A stretch of 64,000 nt of DNA from Eukaryota sp. TZLM1-RC (lineage: Eukaryota; Protista; Metamonada: BaSk clade), in assembly GCA_040285825.1 (NCBI GenBank), contig JAUPSS010000007.1, positions 2,516,689 through 2,580,688 on the forward strand, given 5' to 3'. This document shows, one piece after another, positions 27,053-39,999 of this stretch. Below the pieces are notes generated by a model that did not search any database, had not been told where the DNA came from, and saw only the letters and a program-made list of their open reading frames with translations. The first letter of the stretch is position 1; every line of letters starts with the position of its first letter. Made by a program: the position numbers and the translations under genes.

Positions 27053-27670
27053 TTACTTTCTATAACGACGGAATTGAATTAAGTTGTTTCTCTTCCAGAA
27101 AGCACGACGAGATGGATAAGCCTTGCGGAACAAGTGTCCCTTTCCATGGAGTCCACGATGTTTGCGACCAGCAGAGGTAAGACCACGGAGTTCTCTGTGC
27201 TTCATAGTGGAATTGACAATCCAGTTGATGCGAGGATCACGGCGAATTGCGTTGTGATTGGGATCAACAAGGATTACTTCATAATACTTATAGGTACCGT
27301 CTTGACAGACCCAGTAGGAGTTAAGGACACGGAGATTTCCGCAGGCACGACCAACCTTCTCCTCAGCCATGGATCGGGTGTTTCTTTGGTTTTTGAGATA
27401 TTTGACACCTTGTCTGACTGGTTTTCCGTGAACAATACCGTTGTGAACTGGACGTTTGCGGGAACCACGACGGACACGAACACGATAAGCAACATATCCT
27501 TGCTTAGCCTTGAATCCAAGTCGTCTGGCCTTTTCGGGACGAGTGGGGCGTTGGAGACGATGGATTCCGGGGAGTTGTCTGTATTCCCATGCGCGAATTC
27601 TCTGTAAATAGCGGAGGACTTCTGATTGCTTGCGCTTGTAAAGCTCTTCAAGATATTTATAAGCACCCAT
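27053..27670 (-). CDS. RPL15: 60S ribosomal protein L15 (eL15)
   Basis: MGAYKY..RWEYRQ-like, [34 protein letters not shown]. Confidence 0.98.
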   Translation of the reverse strand: MGAYKYLEELYKRKQSEVLRYLQRIRAWEYRQLPGIHRLQRPTRPEKARRLGFKAKQGYVAYRVRVRRGSRKRPVHNGIVHGKPVRQGVKYLKNQRNTRSMAEEKVGRACGNLRVLNSYWVCQDGTYKYYEVILVDPNHNAIRRDPRINWIVNSTMKHRELRGLTSAGRKHRGLHGKGHLFRKAYPSRRAFWKRNNLIQFRRYRK

Positions 27671-27756
27671 GTTCTTGAATAAGAAGGTTGAGGCCACCAC
27701 ATACTGAGGAGAAAAGAAGGAATTTTTGCCCTTCTTTGAGATTTTCATCTCAGATA

Positions 27757-28239
27757 ATGTCCAAGTTTCAAGGCTTTAGAGTATCTCTATGTATACTAGC
27801 TAGCTTGTTGAGTCTTATACCACCACTTCTCATTCCTCAATTGGTCATTACACAGGATCACTTTTTGGTCTTAATGTCACTAAAAGTTGCTGCATTCTTT
27901 CCGATCCTGCTGAACTTCATCACGTTTTTAAGATCTAAGGTTCCAACAATTTTTAGTTATTACTCTCCTCTTATATCATTTGTTCCTTCTCTCACGATGA
28001 CAATTTACCTGTTGGTCGGATTTGACACAGATACTTTGTTAAATTCCAATGTTTCAAAGTACTTGTTACACCATCTGTTGTTCACTTTCTCTCTTTCGCT
28101 AACATCACTATTTGAAACTACATTAGTTTCGTCCTTCCTTTTGAAGTCATTGAAGAGAACCGGTCCTTGGCATTTCTTTTTATCTCTTTCAATATGTTTC
28201 TTGGTCACTTCTGCGTTTTATTTCATACGGGTTGTATAA
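27757..28239 (+). CDS. Hypothetical multi-pass membrane protein
   Basis: ATG lies 86 bp from the RPL15 ATG (divergent); several hydrophobic segments. Confidence 0.5.
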   Translation: MSKFQGFRVSLCILASLLSLIPPLLIPQLVITQDHFLVLMSLKVAAFFPILLNFITFLRSKVPTIFSYYSPLISFVPSLTMTIYLLVGFDTDTLLNSNVSKYLLHHLLFTFSLSLTSLFETTLVSSFLLKSLKRTGPWHFFLSLSICFLVTSAFYFIRVV

Positions 28240-29291
28240 ATATTATTCGAAATAATGTGATTTTGTGATTAATTGTTCATTGTTATAACTAGAGAATAGA
28301 TTGTCTTATAGGAACAAACCAGCAACCTTCAATTACCTTTTACTCGATCTTTTATTCCATTACTTCTCATATTGATTTTCTTCTGTGAGTAATAATGTTT
28401 ATACTTATTATTATTTTGTTAGACTATTGTTTATTACTTTAAAGAAATTCTTATTCATTTATTTCAGCTTTTTCTTTGAGTTTTTCAATTCAAGGCTTGT
28501 TTAAACAAAGTTGTACATATACAACCTCTCTTACATTAAAGTCGATTCTAATTTTGTTTTGTTTCAAGCAATATCATATAACATCGCACTACTTCAATAA
28601 GTTATTCTTTTATTTGTGTAACATTGTTTTAAGCTTTGATAATAAAGCCACCAACACAATTAGTAGAAATATACCCATTTTCGTCTCTTAATTTTTTACA
28701 ATGTTGAAACGAAATTCACAATTAAATTGTGGTTGTTCAACAAAAAGCACTGCTTTAATTCTGATTTTTCTACAAATTGTTTTGTGAATTCATTTTGGTG
28801 TAACATGTCATTGAATTAATTGGTTGATTTTTTGTCAATTTCGATTTATTTCAATAAACTATATAGCAAACTTCAAACTCTATATCTTCATATCCTAAGT
28901 CAGCCAAAAAGAATTGATTGAAGAAACTGATTAATGGCTCAGTGTGTTCCCTTTGTTGAGACAGATAATATAAAAATGACTGCCAAAATGAGGTGTTTCT
29001 ACAGAAACAATTGGGTTGTGATATCCCTTAACTATGGTATGTTTGATTGTTTTTTAAAAAACCAATGTGAGACATGTTACAATGAGACCATCCTCAAGCA
29101 CAATGTATAGTGAATTTAGATTTTTGAACCTTGAAGAGTTGAAAAATTGTAATGATACATCAAAATTACACTACATAGTTCAATACCTATCCAAATTGTC
29201 ACAAACAAAGTACAAACCTACATGTTTATTTAGCATTAAAATGATTTAAATCACCGTATTCGGAGAAAAGAGGAAACTTTGGACCAACTAT

Positions 29292-29644
29292 GATTAGTGT
29301 TTGTTCCAATAACAGGGAAGACAAAAAATGGCTTCAGAGAGTTATCCTGAGCGAAATCTAGCCAGTCATAAGCACATGAAATGCGACGACGAGCATTAAT
29401 GAGACTCTAGATTAGACTGGCAATGGATAACAGTCAAATGAACATACATAAGGAGAATGGAATTGTACAAAACGATGGAGGACATCTGAGATTAGTGTGT
29501 GATCAAACAACAGGGAAGACAAATAAAGTCCTCAAGGAGTTGTCCTGAGCAAGATCTAGCCAGTCATAAGCACACATAATGCGACGACGAGCAGTAGTGA
29601 GACTCTAGATAGACTGGCAGAAGGACAAGTTACGAACATACATA
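29292..29644. repeat. Diverged tandem duplication, ~155-160 bp core, period ~198 bp
   Basis: Copies at 29292-29450 and 29490-29644 share ACAGGGAAGACAAA, TCTAGCCAGTCATAAGCAC, ATGCGACGACGAGCA, GAGACTCTAGAT and AGACTGGCA. Confidence 0.9.
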
Positions 29645-29849
29645 TCATGATGCAAGGTGAGGGTAAGGAGAAAAATTATGTGGATATTTTATCCAAAACA
29701 AACGAAAATAACTAAAGCTCTACATCCTCATATTTTGCCTCATCAACATCGAAAAAGTGAATTATCAAAGATTCTGAAAAACGTCCAACAGATGATAAAG
29801 AACCAGAATTTTTTTACCATTCTTTTGAAGCTCGAGAAATATTCTTGCC

Positions 29850-30960
29850 GTTCTATCCGTGACGACATGGTCGGAATCTTCAAGGAATGCCAAAGCAGCC
29901 TTACCAAAGGGTCGAGCAAGGAGAAAACAAAGGGACATGGATTAAATTCAGCATGAGAATTTTCATTGACAGATGAAGTAGGTGTCGCGTGTTTGGCAAT
30001 TTTTTACATAAAATTTTGTTTTTCCCCAACAAGTATAGGATTATCTACATCAGAATTAATTCAATTTTCTTTTAAAGAATTACAAGTGTCAATAGACATG
30101 GAGTCTATAATCGTGAACCTTCTATTTAAGCCAGGAACAACCAAATCACGTCTTGTCAGACCCATAGAAGTTCTATTTTAACGAAAGTTCTATTTCAAAA
30201 GATGCGTAAATAGAAGATTTTTTTTACATTTACAGATTAAATGATTTGGTTAATTGTTTGGCCACATAAAAAAGGAAAACGCATATTTTACAGCCATTCA
30301 TTGTTTTTTAGAAGAAATCCATAAATACAGGGATTTTGGATAACTAACGCAGTAGCAGAACTATTACAAATGTCCCTAAAATATTACTGAAAAGCGGGAT
30401 TTTTAGTTTTGCCCAAGCCATATCTTACTTCAGAATCCAAACTTTCATACAATTTAACCAAATGGTGCTGAAGCTTTTTCAAGCAAAAACACCCACTCGG
30501 GAGTGATCGATTTGTAATTGCTGAACATTTTGAGGAAAACACTGAATCCAATTATCATTGGGCAACTTATCTAATTATGATTTTATTTGGTTCAAGTAGA
30601 CATTAGATTCACTATTGAATAGGGCAACGTCTTTAGGAAATCTCTAACAAAATTCGAAAACTATATTTTTCCACCTCCTGAAAATACTGCTTTATACAAA
30701 ATAGATGATTTTAAAAAGTCAATGCCACTTTAATCAGCAGAAATGATTTATCGACCACATCAAATTCAATTTTGTTCCCAACGTTGAATAATGAAATTGA
30801 ATTAATATCACCAGCAGTTTGGGAACAAAGGATGTTGCAAACAGTTCTTCAACAGCCCTTTTGCCACCGAAATATATTAGATAAAAATGTACAACGAAAT
30901 TTCTTTATGTAACAAAAATCAAATTTACAGAAGATAGTACTTGTACCATTACTTTATATA
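29850..30960 (-). mobile_element. Degenerate non-LTR family B fragment
   Basis: Homologous to 56140-56817 (SMGLTR.DLVVPGLN..FTI.DSMSID). Confidence 0.75.
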
Positions 30961-31075
30961 ATTACACGCTAACTTGTTCTAGTTTTTCAGTAGTTTTGAA
31001 ATTGTTAAAATTTAAAACACCGCATATACAGAAATAAATTCAACTCGAATAACACAAAAACAAGCTCCAAAAACA

Positions 31076-31877
31076 TTAGACTACATCATTACAAACTACC
31101 TCATAACTGCTGCTTCTAAATGTACTCGGAACTGGTAGAAAACATCTAGGGAATGGACCAAACATTATTTTCAAATTCTTCCTAGGGCCCAAATGCCACG
31201 GTCTGTCCCACGATTTATGCTTAAAGCCAACAGAGATGTGCTCCAGGGTAGTCATACCATTGCAGACCAGCCAATAGTGATAGCCGGCGAATGGAACAAC
31301 ACATAGAGAAAGCACAGAGGAGAGGACCAAGAAAAGACCACCAGAAAGATAGCCCCCAAATAAAAAGCCAACTTCGTCTCTGAATATGAAAATGTACAAA
31401 AAACAAGCAGCCACAGTGAGGTTTAAGAAACATTCATATGTTAAGAATAGTAAAAAATACTTTCTATTGTTCCTACCTACACAGTTGGCCAACCATATAC
31501 AATGATGGTCCATTTCCAGTATACATTATAAAGTTAGTGTAAAGAAGGGGCATACTATTGCAGACTGAGCAGTGGTGAGTTCTATGCTCTTTGGGAACAT
31601 TGCATTTACTGCAGTAATGAGACGGATCAATATTAGAGACAGGAGAGGGAGTTCCTGGAGATGTAAAGCAAGTTCGCAAGTAACTAATGACTGCAAGAGA
31701 ATAGAATAGTAGGAAAGGTATATACATTAAAAAAGCCAGTCTGGGAGAGAACACGGAAAGGCTACTAATTGTATTAATCCATACATAGAGTCCCACAATA
31801 TGTATAATTAAACAAAAAAGAATGACAAGGTAGCCTGCAAAAGTGCCGATAGTAGACTCTATTGAACGTCTCGGCAT
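31076..31877 (-). CDS. DHHC palmitoyltransferase: join(31877..31556, 31527..31076), 257 aa
   Basis: CSKC..PK..RTHHCSVCN|KCILEMDHHCIWLANCVG..N.KYFLLFL and TTLE. The two ORFs join only through a 28-nt intron. Confidence 0.92.
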
Positions 31878-31962
31878 TTCCCAAAGAAAAACAGACGTTA
31901 TTCAAGAAGCAAATGAAAACCACAGATTATGCCCAATTAATATTTGCTACATTAGCCAATGA

Positions 31963-33336
31963 ATGTTACTCCTCTATCGACGTTCCGGAAGCGATCCACA
32001 CTTATATAGCCCACTGCCACATTTTCATTTTCCTACACTCTCGTTTAATGTACAGAAACGAAATCACTACATGGTCACACAGCAGCGCATGATAATCCTC
32101 AATGCTACTGGCTTTGAAAACATCAAAACCACAAAGTTGGGTACCCACAAGATCACAAAAACCTTTCAGTACTCATCCATCCAATCTATTACCCTTTCGT
32201 CTATCAATACCTTCATCATTTATCCTGATTGTGACCATTCATTTACTTACATCACTCCTGAAGCCATACAGATCGCCAGCGAATTAGTACGAAGACTAGA
32301 ATCCATCCGACAATCCTTTTCTCTCTCCCATTTCCCACCACCCCCAGAGTCCTCCAAACCCTCTCTTTCTGTAGCCAAACAAATTCAGTCATTAGCGCCT
32401 AGCTCAGTGGTTCGTGTGTCTGCTCATAAGTTGAGTCCTGCTGAAATAGCTGATTTACAAGGTAAATGCAATGAATACGTTTTGTTTCTTATCTTCAAGT
32501 CAAAAAACATGCTAGATAAAGTAGTTGGATTTATAGAAAAGTTACCAGGACTGGTGGCTGATCTGAATAGCTCAAACAACACGTCATCCGGTCAAAATGT
32601 GACGTCACCTGGTCAAAATGGTGATTTGTCTCCCAGGAGAAAGTCTATTGGTAGAAGACTATCAATTCAGTCTAAACCTGACGATTTGATGACCCAAATT
32701 AGAATGTTTTTGTCCTGGTTACGTGACTCTTTACTGTTCGATTACAGGGAATCAATCATTGATCACGTCATGGTCAATGATGGTCAAGTTATTAATTATT
32801 CTGAACTTTCCTTACTATTGAGAAGATTGCTTGATAATTCTTTACAGAGGTTTGTTTTAATTGAAGTAGCCGAACCTTTATTTTTTCATATAAGGGCAAA
32901 CAAAACCTTTGAGTTAGATAATTCTATAAGGAATTCTTATACTCTAACCAAGGAGTTACCTCTAAATTCATTCGATAAGAATATTTCTGGTAAAGTTTCT
33001 CATTCACAATTACTTGGCATTTTAAATACACTCTCCAGTCTTTCCACGCCTCAAAGTTATTTTCCGTTTTACTTTATTGATACCATAGCTGACTGCTGTC
33101 GTATGATTTCTTTCATTTGCTCAAAGTCTAGTAACCAATATCTGTCGGCTGATCAATTTTTACCTTTATTGATTTATTGTATAAAAGAAGCTAAAATTGA
33201 GAGTCCTGGTGCTATTTGTGAATTAGTTTTTCAATTAACAGATTCTATTTTATTAAAAAGTGAAGAAGGCTATTTTGTCACAACATTTAATTCAGCAATT
33301 ATTTATCTAGAAACTGTTGATGTTACCGGAATTTAG
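31963..33336 (+). CDS. VPS9-domain Rab5 GEF with an N-terminal PH-like region
   Basis: LSADQFLPLLIY and EEGYFVTTFNSAI are VPS9 motifs. Start codon uncertain. Confidence 0.85.
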   Translation: MLLLYRRSGSDPHLYSPLPHFHFPTLSFNVQKRNHYMVTQQRMIILNATGFENIKTTKLGTHKITKTFQYSSIQSITLSSINTFIIYPDCDHSFTYITPEAIQIASELVRRLESIRQSFSLSHFPPPPESSKPSLSVAKQIQSLAPSSVVRVSAHKLSPAEIADLQGKCNEYVLFLIFKSKNMLDKVVGFIEKLPGLVADLNSSNNTSSGQNVTSPGQNGDLSPRRKSIGRRLSIQSKPDDLMTQIRMFLSWLRDSLLFDYRESIIDHVMVNDGQVINYSELSLLLRRLLDNSLQRFVLIEVAEPLFFHIRANKTFELDNSIRNSYTLTKELPLNSFDKNISGKVSHSQLLGILNTLSSLSTPQSYFPFYFIDTIADCCRMISFICSKSSNQYLSADQFLPLLIYCIKEAKIESPGAICELVFQLTDSILLKSEEGYFVTTFNSAIIYLETVDVTGI

Positions 33337-33529
33337 TTTGTTTATTTGGTTTGAGTTTTAAATTATCTTACTAGTATTTATTAGTCTTTTGTAATTTATT
33401 TTCTGTACAGATTGGTTTATTTTTTGTGTAATTTATACAGTTTTGGTCAACTGGCATCTACAAGTTTGGTTGTTTTAATTTAGAAAATTGTTCTTCACCA
33501 ATTCTTTATTGAACTACAACACTGATTAA

Positions 33530-34850
33530 ATTCAATGAATTAATGCGTTTTAATTCAATTCAATGAACGAAGATTTTCCTCTACCAAAATGTTTGATTTT
33601 TCGCCGTGGCTTCTCCTATTCATTAAACAACCGAGGTAATCTATTAAATATATCAAATTGAAGTCATGACCGTCACAAAAAGACATCAAATCTCTTTATT
33701 GTTTTCTCTTTTTCTATAATTATTTACTAAAAAACTGATAAAACAACATCTAAATAATCCATTTCTCCCAAAACAAAACAACTAGATGCAAATCTCTCAT
33801 AGTGAGATTCAAGAGAAAGCAAAGCATCAGAAACCATCTGCAACATCCCCTTAAAAATAGAAAACACAAATCTATTTTGCCAGAACAATCTGTTGAAATT
33901 TCTGTTAGTTCTTCTCTCTAAAATCATTTCAACATCTGCCAAAAAACGTGTAGCTTTGGCAGCAAGTGAACCAACATTTGGAAAATACAAATGGATACAA
34001 ATTGTATTTTGCATGCTGTTAGGTGGACAATTTGGACAAAGGTTCACTGCATTTTTTGATTTTGAAATTTTTAGCATTTAAGAGAGGATTATCAATTTCA
34101 GAATTAACAAGCCTTTAATTTGAGGCATTGCAAGGATCAACAGACATTACATCCAATAAAATGAAGGTTCCATCTATTCCAGGTAATATTACTTCACCTC
34201 TATTATTCTAATGAAAATCATCTTCAGCATTAAACAGATTTGACAACAAAGGTTCCAGGAAAGTTTCATTTTTATGAGACTTACACAAACAATATAACTG
34301 GTCTCTGACACCATCGTGAATCTTGCTTCTAAAAGTAATAAAATGCTTACAGTTTAAAATGAGTAATTGTAATTTTTCGAAAACTTTTACAAATTAAATT
34401 ATGAGGCAAATTATCAGGCCAGATAAAGGAACGAAGCCTCATATTCCAAATCCAGGCAGAATCAGTTAAGAGAGTGTCAAAAACTTGAGGAATGGTTGTT
34501 ACTAAAGCAGAAGATGTACTATCACACAAATCTTGTAAAAGATTTGCAAAAGCGGGATTCTGTTTCTTGGCTAAGCCTACTCTAACATCAAAATCCAAGC
34601 TTTAAAAAATCTTTGACAATTTTTGTTGAAGCTATTTACAGCAAAATTGCAAATTAAAAAGAGAACGGTTTAAAATTTCTTGAATTGATTGGGGAAAACA
34701 TTTGGTCCAGATTTGTGGTAACAATCTATCGAGTTCACAAGATAACTCATTCAAATATGGACTGCAAAATGCGAACTAACAAATGAGAATCTGCAAGAAA
34801 TCTACGAGAAAATTCATAAATAGAATTCTTGCATCCACCCAAAAATGCTG
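33530..34850 (-). mobile_element. Degenerate non-LTR family C fragment, plus a family A 3' remnant
   Basis: Highly similar to 38697-39850 (knuckle, HD.VRD, RGEV..LDV). Confidence 0.85.
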
Positions 34851-35409
34851 ATGTTTATTTTCGCAGACATTTTTCCAGCAGTAATGAATGAAGATCTTGA
34901 TCCAAAACAGCTGAGCTGCATAAATGTTTAAAAAGATCATCTTCATATTTTTTGGTCATTCGTTTTTGTAGTGTTCAAAGTGTTTATTTTCAATTCAAAT
35001 AATTCTGTTTTATTTATTGGAATTTACATAGAATGCTGAATCAGTATTGGCTATTTCTACCCCAAATTGCAAGGGAATCTTGGTGAATCTTGAAATGTGG
35101 ATGAGAATGGATGAGCAAATTACTCGAAAAATATAAGCTTTTACACCACTAATGACAGAGATTTTTTAAATTAGATTGATCCCTTTTTTGTTGTGTAAAA
35201 TGTTACTTAAATAGACAACAGCAAACATCAATCATCAATAGATAAGCGTTATTGAGTCAAAGTTCCTTGGTAGATACAGTGTTATTGTTGAACATTGCAG
35301 AGATCTCCATGTGATTGTCACAAAGTAGTTTAATTTAAAAGTTTTAAATTAGACCACATCATCCTCAACTCTATACAAATTCGTATAACAACCACAATAT
35401 TCAATAACA

Positions 35410-37575
35410 ATGCAACCAGGATTCGTCCCAGAGGATATAGCCATGGATAATGGCATGGCCAATGCTGAGGAAGACGAATCTCACTCTCTTCGTCTCTCTT
35501 ATGCAGATTTTATACGTCATTTTGAAAAAGACCAGGAGTATCCTTATGTACATCAACTCACTACTGCCGTAGAAGTTGCATCTGTCAACAACACCGTTCC
35601 TTCGGTCTCTATTTTCATTGAGGATCTAGAACATTTCAACAGACACCTTTCAGCCCACCTTCAAAAAGAACCTGAAACAGCTGTCTCTCTAATAAGCCAA
35701 GCATGTGAAGACGTTCTTAACGCTGATGACCCACATGCTCAGCATCAGTCCCGTGACATTCAAATTTCTCTAGCCACTGCCAAACCAGCTTCACTTTCTG
35801 TTCGGGATTTGTCTGTTGAAAAGGTAGATACTCTCATTCATGTCTCTGGTATTGTTTCCCATGTGTCTCGGCCGAGAATAGTCGGCAAAGTCATCAAAGC
35901 TAGATGTAGATCTTGCCAAGCCATCATTTCTCTTCCCGTTGCTCCTGGTCTAGCTAAGTTCTCACTACCAAAGTTCTGCTCAGCTTCCAATAATCTCGGT
36001 GAAAACGCAGTCAAATGCCCTCCCAATCCATTCGACATCGTTCCCGACTCCTCTGTGTTTGCTGATCAAAAGATTATACGTATTCAAGAGCCCCCTGAAA
36101 CTGCACCGACAGGCGACTTACCACGGTCCCTCACTGTTTGTCTCGACGGCGCTCTCGCAGAAAGTGTGTCTCCTGGGTCTTTAGTACACGTCATCGGTGT
36201 ACTTACAACCCACAGTGCATCCTCTGACGCCATTAGAATTCCTTATGTCCGATGTTTAGGTGTTTATAATCCTACTGAAGGGATTGAGGGTGAATCAACA
36301 TTGGAGACACGGTCACGGTTTGAGGAATTTTCCAGAAGGGGTTTTGAAGCTGTTTATAACGAAATTGTAGAGTCTATAGCGCCTGATATATATGGTCATT
36401 TCGACCTTAAAGCTGCTGTAGCATGCTCCTTATTTGGTGGATGTGCTAAGCAAACCAAAGATCAAATGAGAATAAGAGGAGATATCAATGTCTTGCTCAT
36501 GGGTGACCCTGGTACTGCCAAATCTCAACTACTCCGCCGTGCATCTCAACTAGCCCCAAGGTCTGTACTCACCGCTGGTAGAGGGGCTTCTGCAGCAGGT
36601 TTAACCGCTGCTGTCTCAAGAGATCCTGCTACTAATGGTTTTTATCTTGAGGGAGGTGCTCTGGTTCTTTCTGATGGAGGTCTTTGCTGTATTGATGAGT
36701 TTGATAAGGTTGGACATGCTGATAGAGTTGCTATTCATGAAGCAATGGAACAACAGACAATCTCCATATCCAAGGCTGGTATCACTACGATGTTGAATGC
36801 CAGGGCCGCTGTTTTGGCAGCCGCTAACCCTAGTTTTGGTCGGTTTGACGACTACAAGTCATTTTCAGAGAACATAGATTTGCAGGCTACTATTTTGTCT
36901 AGATTTGATTTAATTTTCTTGATTAGGGATCAGTTGTTAGAGTCTGCTGATCGGAAACTAGCACGTCATGTCGTCAAAAGTCATCAATCAAATACTGGAA
37001 TTATGACCTTTGCTGACGTTGATGATGACGCTACTAATTCTTCAGCACTAACCCCCGTATTCTTGAAGCAATATATTAAATACGCCAAGGAAAATTGCCA
37101 GCCAACTTTATCTAATGATGCTGTCGAAACACTTAGAGTCGAATACGTTCAATTTAGAGAATCGACCAGGCGAAATACAAGTTCTGGAGCTATCCCAATT
37201 ACTGTACGACAACTAGAAGCTATCATTAGAATTGCTGAAGCTCTGGCGAAGATGGAGTTATCTCCTATTGTCGGTTCGATTCATTGTAATGAGGCGTTAC
37301 GGTTGTTTAGAGAAGCTACACTCAATGCTGCCCAGCAAGGTGTTGGTATTGAGGGAATGGCCAGTAGTGATGCAAATTCCAAAATTAAAGAAGCTATGGA
37401 TTTAATTAATAATAGAATTCCAGTGGGTGCCTTGGTTAAAGTTTCGTCTTTGTACGCTGATTTTGAAAGATTTGATTATAGTAAAAGGGTGGTATCTCAA
37501 GCTTTAGAGAAGCTTGTTCAAAAGGGTGATTTTAACTTTAAGTCATTGAGAAAGTACACGGAGCGTATACGATAA
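35410..37575 (+). CDS. MCM5: DNA replication licensing factor MCM5
   Basis: GDPGTAKSQ, IDEFDK, SRFDLIF; MCM5-type CP.NPF.IVPD and QE.PE..PTGDLPR; FYLEGGA. Confidence 0.93.
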   Translation: MQPGFVPEDIAMDNGMANAEEDESHSLRLSYADFIRHFEKDQEYPYVHQLTTAVEVASVNNTVPSVSIFIEDLEHFNRHLSAHLQKEPETAVSLISQACEDVLNADDPHAQHQSRDIQISLATAKPASLSVRDLSVEKVDTLIHVSGIVSHVSRPRIVGKVIKARCRSCQAIISLPVAPGLAKFSLPKFCSASNNLGENAVKCPPNPFDIVPDSSVFADQKIIRIQEPPETAPTGDLPRSLTVCLDGALAESVSPGSLVHVIGVLTTHSASSDAIRIPYVRCLGVYNPTEGIEGESTLETRSRFEEFSRRGFEAVYNEIVESIAPDIYGHFDLKAAVACSLFGGCAKQTKDQMRIRGDINVLLMGDPGTAKSQLLRRASQLAPRSVLTAGRGASAAGLTAAVSRDPATNGFYLEGGALVLSDGGLCCIDEFDKVGHADRVAIHEAMEQQTISISKAGITTMLNARAAVLAAANPSFGRFDDYKSFSENIDLQATILSRFDLIFLIRDQLLESADRKLARHVVKSHQSNTGIMTFADVDDDATNSSALTPVFLKQYIKYAKENCQPTLSNDAVETLRVEYVQFRESTRRNTSSGAIPITVRQLEAIIRIAEALAKMELSPIVGSIHCNEALRLFREATLNAAQQGVGIEGMASSDANSKIKEAMDLINNRIPVGALVKVSSLYADFERFDYSKRVVSQALEKLVQKGDFNFKSLRKYTERIR

Positions 37576-38689
37576 TTTTTTGATCTTATTTCATTGAATA
37601 AATATTGTAATTTATACTTGTCATCATTTTTTATTACTTTTCTACACCAATTCTATACTGGATTTTTTGTTTAGGTAATCAATGTGAATCCGCAACAAAA
37701 TTAATAATGTAAGCTAATTTATTAAAACTAAAATGTATTTAAATCTATTTATACTATCCCTCCACGATTATCACCCAGTGAACCATAATCCATGTTCATC
37801 ATCATTCATACAGCAAGTGAATGGCGTAAGCCAACCCTGACAAAGTATGCCAGTGAGTAATCAATGCAAACTGGATCTTCCTTCAGAGCTCAACCAACCA
37901 ACTGAACCTCCATAGTCATTGTCTCATCATGACAATTACCATTTGTGAAGCATAGCATATTTGTTTTGTTATACTTGATTTTGTTATTGCCAAACATGGA
38001 ACAACACTTGCATCAGGTTTTCGTAAAACAAATATTGTTTTTGTAGAATGCATTAATTTATTTGGTATATCAGAATCATCTGTCCTCTTGCTCTCCCAAA
38101 TATTATTTTCTGGTTTCGAATGGAATAATTGTTTAGTTGCAGCTGTACAATAATGTGTTAATTCAAAAAGTGGCCACAAATTTACTAATACGTTTCTACA
38201 AAATAATGATTTTAAACTTTCTTAAATAAACAATACAATTCATAGGGGCTTCGGCAATCAATACGCAACCGACGCCATCAGTATTTCCGATTTCTTTTTG
38301 ACACAGTTTGAAGATATGATAAATTCTGTTCAAAATCAACATTTTAACCCACCAAGAAAGCCAAAAAAATGTTTTACACAATCTTTACATTGCCTTTTGC
38401 GAGTACATGAATTACTAATCAAATTTATTGATAATACTATTACTGCTTTATTGAATTTCTTCTACTTGCATCTTTGGGGTGATATTTCGCCAGAAGAAAC
38501 AAAAAATGTTTTAAAAATCAATTTTAAACTAAAAAAAAGTAAAAAAATCTAAAGTTGTTTGAAATTTATGTTCACGTGGCCGTTATAGAGCCACAAGAAA
38601 GCTATTGTATTCTTCTTTGGTATATGTAAATTTTGAAACATTTGAAAAACTTCAGTGGCACAAGCCTTTTTTTATTTAATATTTTTTAT

Positions 38690-39960
38690 TAAAAACCTAT
38701 AAATCAACATCTAAATAATCCATCTCTTCCAAAACAAAAACACTAGATGCAACTCTCTCATAGTGAGATCCAAGAGAAAGCAAAGCATCAGAAACCATCT
38801 TCAACACCCCCTTAAGAATAGAAAACACAATTCTATTTTGCCAAAAGAATGTGTTGAGATTTCTGTTAGTTCTTCTCTTTACAATCATTGCAAAATCTGC
38901 CAAAAAACGCATAGCCGTTGGAGCAAGTGAACCAAAAAGAGAAAATACAAATGGATACATGTTGTATTTTGCATGCTGTTCACTGGACAATTTGGACAAA
39001 GGTTCATTGTATTTTTTGCTTTTAAAATTTTCAGCATTTGAAAGAGGATTATCAATTTCAGAATTAACAAGCCTTTCATTTGAGGCATTACAAGGATCAA
39101 CAGACATTACATCCAATAAAATGAAGGTTCCATCTATTCCAGGTAATATTACTTCACCTCTATTATTCTTATGAAAATCATCTTCAGTATCAAACAGATT
39201 TGACAACAGATGTTCCAAAAAGGATTCAATTCTATGAGACTTACACATACAATATAATTGGTCTCTTACAGCATCGTGAACTTTGCTTCTAAAAGTAATA
39301 AAATGTTTACAATTTAAAAAATGAGTAATTGTAATTTTTCGAGAACATTTACAAATTAAATTATGAGGTAAATTATCAGGCCAGATAATGGAACGAAATC
39401 TCATATTCAAAGTCGAAGCAGAATCAGTTAAGAGAGTTCCATAAACTTGGGGAATTGTTACTAAGGCAAAAGAAGTACTATCACACATATCTTGTAAAAG
39501 ATTTGCAAAAGCGGGATTCTTTTTCTTATCCAAGCCAAGTCTAACATCAAAATATAAGCTTTCAAAAATCTTTGACAATTTTTGTTGAAGCTTTTTACAG
39601 CAAAACTGCAAATTGAAAAGAGATCGGTTTGGAATTTCTTGAATTGATTGGGGAACACATTTGGTCCAAATTTGTGAAGGCAATCTAGCAAGTTCACAAG
39701 ATAACTCATTCAAATATGGACTGCAACTGGGAACTAACAGGTGAGAATCTTCAAGAAATCTACGAGAAAATTCATAAATATGTGTGGCACAAACCTGAAG
39801 TCTGTTCTTTTTGGATTGAAAATACAATTTTTTTACTGATGTTTCCAAAAATATTTCAAAATTACCAAAATGGAAAGCTGCAGGGTCATCTGGAATTTCT
39901 GTTGTTCAATATAGCGTGCTTTAGTGCCACTGAACAAAACTTCTAAATTTTTAAATACTC
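38690..39960 (-). mobile_element. CRE-like non-LTR family C 3' half (knuckle + RLE)
   Basis: CKC..H..C, HDAVRDQL, RGEV..LLDV, PFVFSLFG; A-rich tail at ~38665-38695. Confidence 0.9.
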
Positions 39961-39999
39961 ATCAATTTGGAATAAAAACAATTGATTTCTCTTCTGTTG

